Below, piece after piece: positions 1-8,283 of a stretch of DNA of 22,205 nt (its first letter is position 1; every line of letters begins with the position of its first letter). The DNA comes from a bacterium (GTDB lineage: Bacteria > UBA10199 > 2-02-FULL-44-16 > DYJF01): positions 1 through 22,205 of the forward strand of contig JBGSNL010000030.1 of the NCBI GenBank assembly GCA_041739675.1, in the 5' to 3' direction. The notes beneath the pieces were generated by a model that worked only from the letters and a program-made list of their open reading frames with translations, was not told the DNA's origin and ran no database searches. The translations under genes were made by a program, and so were the position numbers.

Positions 1-19
1 TTTTGCGTGCAAAAAATTC

Positions 20-45
20 CGGACTTTTCGGCCTTATGCCGATGT
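20..45 (+). promoter_or_regulatory. Weak sigma-28-like promoter candidate, CGGACTTT-N10-GCCGATGT
   Basis: GCCGAT at 38-43 matches the FliA -10 core (GCCGATAA). The upstream ACTTT resembles the GCAACTTT box seen at 2815, 10268 and 19663, but the spacer is one base shorter. Confidence 0.3.
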
Positions 46-65
46 ATAGCGGAAAGGCGAGCTTT

Positions 66-1454
66 ATGGGCGATGTTGCGGCGGCAAAATCGGTATTTGA
101 GCGGTTCTACGAGAGGTTTGAGCCGTTTTATGTCGCAAAATGCGGCGAGGGAGACACGTTTCCCCTCATTGCCGCCGACTATTCATCCTATCTCGATGCG
201 CGCGGCATCGATGCCCGCCAATTGCTCAGAGGGCCGCCCTCTCAGGCAATGTCGACATTCGAGGGCTTCATCGGGGACGGCGAAGGTTGCCATCACGACT
301 CTCCCACTGGGCAGGCGATAAGCGCCGCGCGCGAAATCAAAGCCGTGAAGGATCCCACTCAGCGCACGCTGGCCCTATTCCGTTTTGTGGACGCATACCT
401 TCATAAAATAGAGAAACTTCACCTGCTGGCGGTGAACGCAGTGCAGATGGAGACCGCCCCGTCTTTCATGCTCGAATCAATACATCAGCTGGCAGTCTCT
501 TCCGAGAACCTGATCGCCAGATTTTGGGCCGAAATAAAGCAACCCGTTTCGCGCGCCTCATCACCTGCTATGGTCGCCGATATGTGGAGGGCGCTGCAGA
601 ATCACTTTCAACCGGCCGGAAGAGAGATCGCGTATGCGCAGACGGCCTTCGTTGAGACGATACATCACGTATTAAGGGCCGCGCTGCTGGGCGTCGATCC
701 GTCCAGGGGGCTCACGGAGAGCGGATTACCCCGGTTCCTGGGCCCGTTCCTGAACGTTTACAGAAAATTCGGAAATCCGTTCGAATGGATACACTGGTCC
801 TATGTCCACAACGCGTTCGATAACAAATCGCTGATCGTGGTCGGTCCGCGGACAATTCCGAACATCAACCCCGTGAGTCCCACAGAGATACGCCGCGTGA
901 TCGATCTCATCGTTTTCAACGCTTCTCTCGTTGCAACGCGCCAACACACAGTGCACATAGAGTTTTCGTGGGATCACAATCAAAGACTGATGAACGTCAC
1001 CTCAAGAGAGCTCGCGCAGATGCCGGCTGCGTTCTGGCGGCAGATATCACAGCTCATAGGCGATTGGAACCCGACGATCGTGCATCTTGACTACGGCTCG
1101 GCCATGATCTCGATCCCCGTTCCTCTCAAGGGGGATTCCATCACGCCGCCGCCCGGCGAAAAAAACGGCGGCGGGAACGGTTCCGAACGGCCGCCATACA
1201 GCCGCGATGTCACGAGCGGATCCACGCAGGAAGGAACGGTCACGGGAACCTTCTCGCCGGAAGAGGTTTCGTCCGGCCACGTAATCGGAAGGATCCGGTC
1301 ACGAGCGACGGTCGCGAACAGAAACGTCGCCGGGGCCCTGCGCTTCGCCGGCAGATCGAGAAGCATCTACCGAATTCCCAGCCGTTCTTTTTTCGACAGA
1401 ACGGCTAGTGCGGTATTTTCACTTCAGGCACGACCGCTCTGCTTCGCAAATTGA
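66..1454 (+). CDS. Orphan paralogue 1: putative degenerate histidine-kinase-like protein with VTGTFSPEE motif and basic C-terminal tail
   Basis: The ORF is open from position 3. ATG at 66 is preferred because GGAAAGG lies upstream and it puts the conserved Cys-Gly at residue 26, against residue 27 in paralogue 2. It shares CG...CH, [ND]PxxW and VTGTFxPxE motifs with its neighbours. Confidence 0.75.
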   Translation: MGDVAAAKSVFERFYERFEPFYVAKCGEGDTFPLIAADYSSYLDARGIDARQLLRGPPSQAMSTFEGFIGDGEGCHHDSPTGQAISAAREIKAVKDPTQRTLALFRFVDAYLHKIEKLHLLAVNAVQMETAPSFMLESIHQLAVSSENLIARFWAEIKQPVSRASSPAMVADMWRALQNHFQPAGREIAYAQTAFVETIHHVLRAALLGVDPSRGLTESGLPRFLGPFLNVYRKFGNPFEWIHWSYVHNAFDNKSLIVVGPRTIPNINPVSPTEIRRVIDLIVFNASLVATRQHTVHIEFSWDHNQRLMNVTSRELAQMPAAFWRQISQLIGDWNPTIVHLDYGSAMISIPVPLKGDSITPPPGEKNGGGNGSERPPYSRDVTSGSTQEGTVTGTFSPEEVSSGHVIGRIRSRATVANRNVAGALRFAGRSRSIYRIPSRSFFDRTASAVFSLQARPLCFAN

Positions 1455-1475
1455 TTTTTTAGCAAGGGCTTTTCC

Positions 1476-2810
1476 ATGCCGTCAACTTCATCGACACTTG
1501 TCAACGCGCTGGACCGTTACAGCAATCCCTTCCTCGGCATGTACGAGAGTTCATGCGGCGACAAAGGGTCATACGTAGCGGTGAGACCGAGATTCCTGAA
1601 TTTCGTCACATCAAGAGCTACCGAATCGATAAAAGAGGGAAGATTCAAAGACGCTATCTCGTACGCGTCGATCGCGATGGGGCTGGCTCCGGTGGCCGCC
1701 GCCGCCAACGCCTTCGAAATGTTTTTGGACAACAAAGCCAACTGCCATGAAAATTCCATTGCCGGCGAGGCATTTTCGATGGCCGGCGCTTTTGTTAAAG
1801 AACCAGGCAAACTTTCACTCCATTTCTATGATAACAAAGAGTTCGTGGCAATATCAGACCCCACCCGCCTCTACATAGGATGGCAAAAATCGGTAACGAC
1901 CTACATGGAGCATGTCGCAGACCTTGAAGAGATAGTGAGGGCGGCGAAAGGAGATGTGAGCCCAGATGTCAAACGGATGATATGGGCGGCTGCCAACCGG
2001 GCCGAGATTTTCGCTGGCATCGTTAACCGTACAGTGAGATTGTTGAAGACGAGTTTTGCGGGTTCCGTGGCATGGAACATGGTGAGGCAGCAGCACGGCA
2101 GGATCAACAACTTCAGGAACGTCGTCTATCAACTAAGAGAAGCAAGCCTTCCGGTTTCAAAAGTCGAAAACTCCCTTGAAGCGGCCAAGAGCCATTTCGT
2201 TGAATCGTTGGAAGAGCTCCACGATCCGTTCGACTGGATAGCTCAGGTTGTTTCATGGTATCAACCCAAAAACGGCGCGGCAAAAAAATTCAAAATAGTG
2301 TTTCCGGAAAATAGCGCCAAGCTGAGAATCGACAAAGCCGACGCGTTATGGGAGATAATCGACTGGGTGGTCATCGTCGCGGACAGATCCGGAAGCGAAC
2401 AAAAACCGCTGACAATCGAATTCGGTCTGAACGATGAAAAAAATCTGGTCATTCGAATACCGCTGGTCGAAACGCACGTGTGGTCGTACATCGACGCCGT
2501 CCTGCGTCGAGTGAGGGGATCGAGGCTGACCGTTTTGAGAGACGACGCGTTTTTCACGGAGGTCAGGGTGCCGCTGAAAGATGCGTCTCCCGCGCCGGAA
2601 AGAGGCGGGGGCGGATCGGTCACCGGAACTTTCAGGCCAGACGAAATATCGGGTCCTTTACCGTCTCGCGGGGCATCGCCGGCCGCCCTTTCCAGCCATT
2701 CAAGACGCGCCCGCGGTTTCAGGCCGGTCATCAATCCGTACTTTTCGCCCATTAGAGTTTGGGGGGCGGCCAGAGCCGTTTTTAGGGCCCCAGCCGTCTT
2801 CGCAAAATAA
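1476..2810 (+). CDS. Orphan paralogue 2: same family, 444 aa
   Basis: Long ORF starting 21 nt after paralogue 1, with AAGGG upstream. Collinear motifs CG, CH, HDPFDWI and GSVTGTFRPDEI, then an Arg-rich tail. Confidence 0.8.
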   Translation: MPSTSSTLVNALDRYSNPFLGMYESSCGDKGSYVAVRPRFLNFVTSRATESIKEGRFKDAISYASIAMGLAPVAAAANAFEMFLDNKANCHENSIAGEAFSMAGAFVKEPGKLSLHFYDNKEFVAISDPTRLYIGWQKSVTTYMEHVADLEEIVRAAKGDVSPDVKRMIWAAANRAEIFAGIVNRTVRLLKTSFAGSVAWNMVRQQHGRINNFRNVVYQLREASLPVSKVENSLEAAKSHFVESLEELHDPFDWIAQVVSWYQPKNGAAKKFKIVFPENSAKLRIDKADALWEIIDWVVIVADRSGSEQKPLTIEFGLNDEKNLVIRIPLVETHVWSYIDAVLRRVRGSRLTVLRDDAFFTEVRVPLKDASPAPERGGGGSVTGTFRPDEISGPLPSRGASPAALSSHSRRARGFRPVINPYFSPIRVWGAARAVFRAPAVFAK

Positions 2811-2814
2811 TCAC

Positions 2815-2853
2815 GCAACTTTTTTTGCGAATGTGCGAAAAGGGGGATGAAGG
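2815..2853 (+). promoter_or_regulatory. Conserved upstream element, sigma-28 (FliA)-like promoter GCAACTTT-N11-TGCGAAAA followed by GGGGGATGAAGG
   Basis: 30/39 ungapped identity by hand count to 10268-10306. Bases 2811-2841 are 25/31 identical to the reverse complement of 19637-19667. The spacing equals that of the FliA consensus TAAAGTTT-N11-GCCGATAA. Confidence 0.6.
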
Positions 2854-2865
2854 ATAAGAAAACGT

Positions 2866-5800
2866 ATGGTAAGAGTCAGGCTGCAACAATCCATCCTCGA
2901 TTACCTGCCGTATAAAGCGGCCTATGTCTGGCAGTTCAGGCGGATGGGCAGCGATCCTCAATCCATAGAAACTCTTGATGAGAGGGACGTCAGGACATTT
3001 ATTGCAGAGAAATTTCCCCACCTCTCGCGCTTTCGCCTGGCACCCCACTTAGCAGACGATTATGCAACCGCATTGGGTCAATACTTGAGTGTTCGCTTTG
3101 GGCATCCGGCTGCGAGCCAGACTCCCACGGTGGACGTCGCTACAAGACCCAGCGCAGCGCCGGGAGCCGAGACTGTTGCGATTCGATCACCGGCTTTGCG
3201 CGAAGACCGGCGTCCAACCAGTGAACACCATATATCGCCGGAACTGGCCAGACGATGGGATTCACAGGCTTCGGGCTTGCCGCAACCTCCCGATGGCCGA
3301 AAAACTCAGGAAATGCCTGTCGTTCCCGAACCGGGTCAGAGAGCCGGCTCGGTCTTCATACCGCCGCCGCGCCCATTACCACAGGCACCTTCTGCACCGG
3401 CACAACCCGGCACAACGCCGCGGCCGCAACCTTTGCCTTCGGCACCGCCCAGACCGGACGCTTCACCACTGCCAAGACCTTTACCGCCGCGGCCTCAAAC
3501 ACCGCCGGCTCCAGTTGCACCTCCGCCGCCTTCCCGTGCAGCTACACCGGGAACAGCCACACAAGTGGCGCTTCAAGCTGCGGCCGATCAAATCGATTCG
3601 TCGCCGACAGGCGACCCGCGTATGACACAACAGGGTGCGGCAGCCCCGGGACAACCGGCGCCGCCAAGACCGGCGCCTCTTTATCCGCCGGCGCTGCCCA
3701 GTGCGACACAAGTTGGAGCAGCTGTTGACGGGCTTTCAAGCGGTCCAGCAAGCGGTCCGGAACCTCTCCCGCGATTTACCTATGCCGGGCCGCCGTCACT
3801 TGACACAGGATCTCCTCTATCTCCGCCGGCACCGTTTCCAATAGCACCTCCGCCGATCGCACCTCCAGCTCCTGTTGCACCTCCGCCGGCACCGGCAGCA
3901 GCCCCCGCGGCAGCGTCAACATCTTCCCCCAGAGTTACCTCTGCGGTGACAAGAGATCTTCCTGCGCAGGCGGGGACCGGACCTTCAAGCCCGGTTATTC
4001 CTCCGCCTCCGCCAACGGCACCTGCAGCTGTAGCACCGTCCGCAGCCGCTGCGCCGGCACAGAGCGGGACGATGTCGGAAAACGTGTTCATGGCCAATTA
4101 TCAGAGGTTGCAGGCCCACATAGGCAACGTCCATCTTGCATTCCTGACGGGCCTACGCGGAGACGCGCCGCCGGTTGAGATGACCTATGGACTTTTGATC
4201 AATGAGAGCGTCCCGTCGCGACAAGGAATGCTTGAAAGCAATATCGCAGTCGCACCCTACAAACTGCGTTTTATTATCAGCGCGGGCGGCGTTATACGCC
4301 GGATTGACTTACTGAATCCGGAGCTCAACCCGTATGCCCAGATCATCACCAGGCTCGCCGATGAATATAACGTGGATCAGATGGAGCAGCTCGAATATCA
4401 TCTCTCCGGCGATCCGTCGATCGACGACGAAGGACGCAGAAGACTTGGTGATGCGATCTTTGCGAGCCGCGAGTATGCAACGATACATCCGCGGGTTCTC
4501 CTGTTTGGAGAGTCTTCGGGCGAGACTTCAGAGATAGCGGTTGCCGCGCGGCGCGATTCCGGCCCGCCGCCGGTTGAACAGGCAAGCATTGTCCCGCCTG
4601 AAGCTGCAGCAGTCGCGGGAGGTATGAGAGTCATCGTATGGGAAGGACCTCGGGATCAAGTAACAGGAAACACGCCGCCGGCAGGACCGATTCCACCGGC
4701 ACGGCCTGTGGCAGTCGGTTCTCATGGCGAGCCAAGAAGAATTTTGCCGGAGACGTTCACGGCCCCGCCGGCGGGCACAAGGGCAAGCACACCCCCTGCC
4801 ACGGATGCGGATCCATTCGCCTCTGAAACCCCAAGGATCAGGTCAAGTGCGATCAATCTTGCAAACACCTTAAGAACTGCAGGCAGCGCGCAGGCCCGTC
4901 TGGCTGCCTGGCAGAACATACAGATCCAGTATCTGAGCCTTCTGGGAAAACTCGTTCGGCTAATCGAAACCGAGTCCGTCGGTCTCTCTCTACCCGGCGC
5001 ATTCGGCGTGCAGTCGCGCCAAGCGATTCTGAGCATGGCGAAGAACACGGACATCTTCGCGGGAATTGTATTCACAACCGCATGGGACGTGACAAAACCG
5101 TTTGCCAGCAAGCCGAAGACTGCAGAACAGGCATTTCTTCTGACCCAGATGAAAATGATCTCGGAGATCAGAAAAAGCGTCGCGGAGTTGGCAAAGATAA
5201 TCGACCCCAGCCGCCCCAGCACACCGGCGCAGGTTTCAGAAGCGGTTTCGGCCACACAAACCGGGTTGGAAGTCTTCAATAACCCGATCGCGTGGACCGA
5301 CAAATTCCTAACGACCATACGCGAGTTCGGGGGAAAATTTAGCAGACGTTTGGCAAGAGTTACCTCGTCCACGCAAGGCAACTGGTCCAACGTGGAGTTC
5401 CAAAAACCTCAGCAGTACATCGACCTGATCGGCAAAATGCTGCTCTTCGTTTCCGACAGCCACTGGTCGAGGTTTTTCAGAATCAGGAACCGTAAGATCA
5501 AATTGAATTTCGAATGGGTTCGCACGCCCGCCGTGATCAACAAAAAGGGCGTAATCAAAAAACCCGAAGAGATGAAACTTGTGGTGAGCTCCAGATCATA
5601 CGACTTCGGCGGATGGTTCAGGGGCATGAGATGGCACGCTGACGGTTTGAGACAACTCGTGAACGAAATGGGCGGCGAGTGGCACAACCCCAACCGTATC
5701 GGAAGAACTCTCAGACTTCTCTTGGCGTTCATACCGGCAGTGCGCCGCAGCAGAGCTCACAGACTCATAGTGCCGATCTCCATCGTTCAGGAAGGCGGCG

Positions 5801-6096
5801 TAGTCGTATCGGGCAGCGGAATGCCTGCGCCTCCAGCACCCGCGTCCGGCAGCCCGGCAACCGGAGCCACGCCGTCTACGGTCACAGGACTCGTCAGTCC
5901 GGAGGCGCTAGGAGAAACGATAGTGGCAGGTCACCCTGTAGACCCGTCGATTTCGACATATTCACATTCCCAACGCTCGCAACAGGCACAGCGCCGCATG
6001 ATCCAGCAGCGACAAGGCTGGGTGCAAAATGCTCAAAGAACGTGGGGCGCTTCGGCCGCGGCAGCCGCTGTAAGGGTGCCGGTGCGAGTGCGCTAG
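2866..6096 (+). CDS. Orphan paralogue 3: 1076 aa, with a long Pro/Ala-rich region, a degenerate HK-like C-terminal core, the VTGLVSPE motif and a basic tail
   Basis: Long ORF with AAGGA upstream of the ATG. Pro/Ala low-complexity region at about 3280-4070. Motifs DPSR, FNNPIAW, GLRQLVNEMGGEW and STVTGLVSPEAL. Confidence 0.8.
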   Translation: MVRVRLQQSILDYLPYKAAYVWQFRRMGSDPQSIETLDERDVRTFIAEKFPHLSRFRLAPHLADDYATALGQYLSVRFGHPAASQTPTVDVATRPSAAPGAETVAIRSPALREDRRPTSEHHISPELARRWDSQASGLPQPPDGRKTQEMPVVPEPGQRAGSVFIPPPRPLPQAPSAPAQPGTTPRPQPLPSAPPRPDASPLPRPLPPRPQTPPAPVAPPPPSRAATPGTATQVALQAAADQIDSSPTGDPRMTQQGAAAPGQPAPPRPAPLYPPALPSATQVGAAVDGLSSGPASGPEPLPRFTYAGPPSLDTGSPLSPPAPFPIAPPPIAPPAPVAPPPAPAAAPAAASTSSPRVTSAVTRDLPAQAGTGPSSPVIPPPPPTAPAAVAPSAAAAPAQSGTMSENVFMANYQRLQAHIGNVHLAFLTGLRGDAPPVEMTYGLLINESVPSRQGMLESNIAVAPYKLRFIISAGGVIRRIDLLNPELNPYAQIITRLADEYNVDQMEQLEYHLSGDPSIDDEGRRRLGDAIFASREYATIHPRVLLFGESSGETSEIAVAARRDSGPPPVEQASIVPPEAAAVAGGMRVIVWEGPRDQVTGNTPPAGPIPPARPVAVGSHGEPRRILPETFTAPPAGTRASTPPATDADPFASETPRIRSSAINLANTLRTAGSAQARLAAWQNIQIQYLSLLGKLVRLIETESVGLSLPGAFGVQSRQAILSMAKNTDIFAGIVFTTAWDVTKPFASKPKTAEQAFLLTQMKMISEIRKSVAELAKIIDPSRPSTPAQVSEAVSATQTGLEVFNNPIAWTDKFLTTIREFGGKFSRRLARVTSSTQGNWSNVEFQKPQQYIDLIGKMLLFVSDSHWSRFFRIRNRKIKLNFEWVRTPAVINKKGVIKKPEEMKLVVSSRSYDFGGWFRGMRWHADGLRQLVNEMGGEWHNPNRIGRTLRLLLAFIPAVRRSRAHRLIVPISIVQEGGVVVSGSGMPAPPAPASGSPATGATPSTVTGLVSPEALGETIVAGHPVDPSISTYSHSQRSQQAQRRMIQQRQGWVQNAQRTWGASAAAAAVRVPVRVR

Positions 6097-6114
6097 AAAA
6101 ACCCCCCTTTTTTA

Positions 6115-6142
6115 TTGCCAACAATTGCCCGTCTGATAATCT
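6115..6142 (+). promoter_or_regulatory. Putative sigma-70 promoter, TTGCCA-N16-TAATCT with extended -10 TGn
   Basis: TTGCCA at 6115-6120, TG at 6134-6135 and TAATCT at 6137-6142, upstream of the acyl-CoA synthetase gene. Confidence 0.4.
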
Positions 6143-6172
6143 TTTTGCCTCCACAAAATCGGAGGTAAAAAG
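6141..6172 (+). promoter_or_regulatory. Hairpin that sequesters the Shine-Dalgarno sequence of the 6172 gene
   Basis: CTTTTTGCCTCC (6141-6152) pairs with GGAGGTAAAAAG (6161-6172): 12 bp with one G-U pair and an 8-nt loop. Confidence 0.55.
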
Positions 6173-8283
6173 TGCTGGATAAATTTTTCAGTCCGCGTGC
6201 GGTGGCCGTCGTCGGCGCATCAAGGGAAGAAGGGAAGGTCGGCCACTCCCTCATGAAAAACCTTGTGGACCACGGCTTTGCCGGCCCCATATATCCGGTA
6301 AATCCCAAGGCCACAGACGTGCTGGGCAAAAAATGTTTTTCCGATATCTCATCGCTTCCTGATGGAATTGATCTCGCCGTCATAGCGATCCCCGCCAAAC
6401 TTGTTCCCAACGCAATCGAAGAGTGCGGCAGAAAAGGGATAGCCGCCGCCATCGTCATATCGGCGGGCTTCAAGGAAGTGGGCGAAGAGGGAAAAGAGCT
6501 GGAGCAGCAGCTCTTCAACGCAGCGATGGCATCGGGTGTGCGCGTTCTCGGCCCAAACTGTCTGGGGCTCATAAGCACTAAGGCAAAACTCAACGCCTCT
6601 TTTGCGGCGGAGCACCCCGAAGACGGCGACATATCCGTAATCTCGCAGTCGGGCGCGCTTTGCACAGCGATTCTCGACTGGGCGGTGAGAAATCACATCG
6701 GCTTTTCAAAACTCGTCTCGATCGGAAACAAAGTTGACATAGATGAAGAGACTTTGATCGAGGCGCTAAGCGAAGATTCCCACACAAAAGTGATCGTGGG
6801 CTATCTTGAAGATATTGCAAACGGCCCCCATTTCATGAGGACAGCGGAAAGGGTCACTAAGAAAAAACCGATCATTTTGATCAAGGCCGGAACAACAGAG
6901 GCGGGCTCCAAGGCCGCAAGCTCGCACACGGGCTCCATTGCCGGCGCGCGCATGGCATATCAGTGCGCGTTCAGAAGAAGCGGCGTCTTGCAGGCGCCAT
7001 CTCTCGAAGCCCTTTTCGATTACGCGCAAATTTTTTCCTATCAGCCGCTTCTCAAAGGGCGGCGCATAGCAGTACTGACAAACGCAGGCGGTCCCGGGAT
7101 CATGGCGGCCGACGCGGTTGAAAACATCGGGTTAAGCTTTGCTGTAATATCGGATGCGACAAAGGCGAAATTCAGGGAATTCCTCCCTGCGGCGGCAAAC
7201 ATATCGAACCCGATCGACATTCTTGGAGACGCCCCCGCCGAGGTCTACGGCAAGGCGCTGAAAATAATTTTGGAGGAAGAAGGTGTCGACGGGGTCGTCG
7301 TACTTTTGACGCCGCAGGCGATGATAAACGTGGAAGAGGCCGCGCGCCAGATCGCGCATACTGCGAAAGATCACGCAAAACCCGTCGCCGCATCTTTCAT
7401 CGGCGCCGAGCGCGTTGCAGAGGGAATCGAAATCCTTCAGAAGAACCGGATACCCCATTACCCCACGCCGGAGCGCGCAGTGGAAGCGCTCTCCATGCTG
7501 GGCGAATACGTGAAGTGGCTCGAACGGCCAAGACGCGTGATAAAACGCTTTGCGGTTAACACAATGAAGGTGGACCGTGTCATCAGGTTTTCGCAGAAGC
7601 GCAATCAGTTAAACATCGGCGAGCAGGAATCGAAGGAGATACTGGCCGCATACGGTTTCACGGTTCCGCGCGACAGCCTTGCAAGAAACGCCGACGAAGC
7701 GGTTTCTCAGGCATCGGTGATAGGCTATCCCGTCGTCATGAAAATCGTTTCTCCCGATATAGTGCACAAGTCGGACGCCGGCGGCGTTCGCGTGGCCCTC
7801 ACTGGCCCGGGACAAGTGCGCGACGCCTTTGAGCTGATGATGATGCGCGTTCATGACAAAGAGCCGGGTGCGCGCATCCACGGAGTTCTCATGCAGGAGA
7901 TGGTGACCGAAGGGCGCGAGATCATCGTCGGCATGACGCGCGATCCGCAGTTCGGCCCCATGCTAATGTTCGGGCTGGGCGGCATATACGTGGAAGTCTT
8001 GCGCGACGTCTCGTTCCAGCTGGCGCCCATCACATCCGAGGAGGCGTTGGAGATGCTCTTCGGCACAAAGACGTACAAACTTTTGCAGGGTGTGCGCGGA
8101 GAAAAATCGGTCGACATGCAGCTCGTCGCCGAATGCATACAGCGCATCTCGCAGCTCTCCATGGACTTTCCGCAGATCGAGGAGATGGACATAAATCCTT
8201 TGAAGATAAGCTCGGAGGGCGCGCGGGCAGTTGCGGTGGATGCAAGGATCAGAATCGGAGGAGAAAATAATGTCGAACTATGA
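6172..8283 (+). CDS. Acetate/acyl-CoA ligase (ADP-forming), fused alpha and beta subunits
   Basis: GTG start with GGAGGT upstream. CoA-binding domain (AVVGAS, YPVNP, GPNCLG), SQSGA, phosphorylatable His in SSHTGS, TNAGGPG, and an ATP-grasp domain (GYPVVMKIVSPDIVHKSDAGGV, DPQFGP, DINPL). Confidence 0.93.
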   Translation: MLDKFFSPRAVAVVGASREEGKVGHSLMKNLVDHGFAGPIYPVNPKATDVLGKKCFSDISSLPDGIDLAVIAIPAKLVPNAIEECGRKGIAAAIVISAGFKEVGEEGKELEQQLFNAAMASGVRVLGPNCLGLISTKAKLNASFAAEHPEDGDISVISQSGALCTAILDWAVRNHIGFSKLVSIGNKVDIDEETLIEALSEDSHTKVIVGYLEDIANGPHFMRTAERVTKKKPIILIKAGTTEAGSKAASSHTGSIAGARMAYQCAFRRSGVLQAPSLEALFDYAQIFSYQPLLKGRRIAVLTNAGGPGIMAADAVENIGLSFAVISDATKAKFREFLPAAANISNPIDILGDAPAEVYGKALKIILEEEGVDGVVVLLTPQAMINVEEAARQIAHTAKDHAKPVAASFIGAERVAEGIEILQKNRIPHYPTPERAVEALSMLGEYVKWLERPRRVIKRFAVNTMKVDRVIRFSQKRNQLNIGEQESKEILAAYGFTVPRDSLARNADEAVSQASVIGYPVVMKIVSPDIVHKSDAGGVRVALTGPGQVRDAFELMMMRVHDKEPGARIHGVLMQEMVTEGREIIVGMTRDPQFGPMLMFGLGGIYVEVLRDVSFQLAPITSEEALEMLFGTKTYKLLQGVRGEKSVDMQLVAECIQRISQLSMDFPQIEEMDINPLKISSEGARAVAVDARIRIGGENNVEL

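Noticed and set aside
1..10. Possible divergent copy of the TCACGCAAC element (reverse complement GCACGCAAAA)
   Set aside because: Only a 7-nt match, and it is cut off by the window edge.
3..65. N-terminal extension of ORF1 from TTG at 3 or the ATGs at 36 and 42
   Set aside because: Alignment with paralogue 2 and the SD-like GGAAAGG favour ATG at 66, and the extension overlaps a candidate promoter. It cannot be fully excluded at the window edge.
3089..4097. Several alternative-frame and antisense ORFs in the Pro-rich region
   Set aside because: Expected shadows of GC-rich low-complexity coding sequence, with no recognisable motifs.
8231..8269. Upstream TTG start for the CoA-transferase/GNAT gene
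   Set aside because: ATG at 8270 has a GGAGGA site at proper spacing and gives a typical N-terminus.
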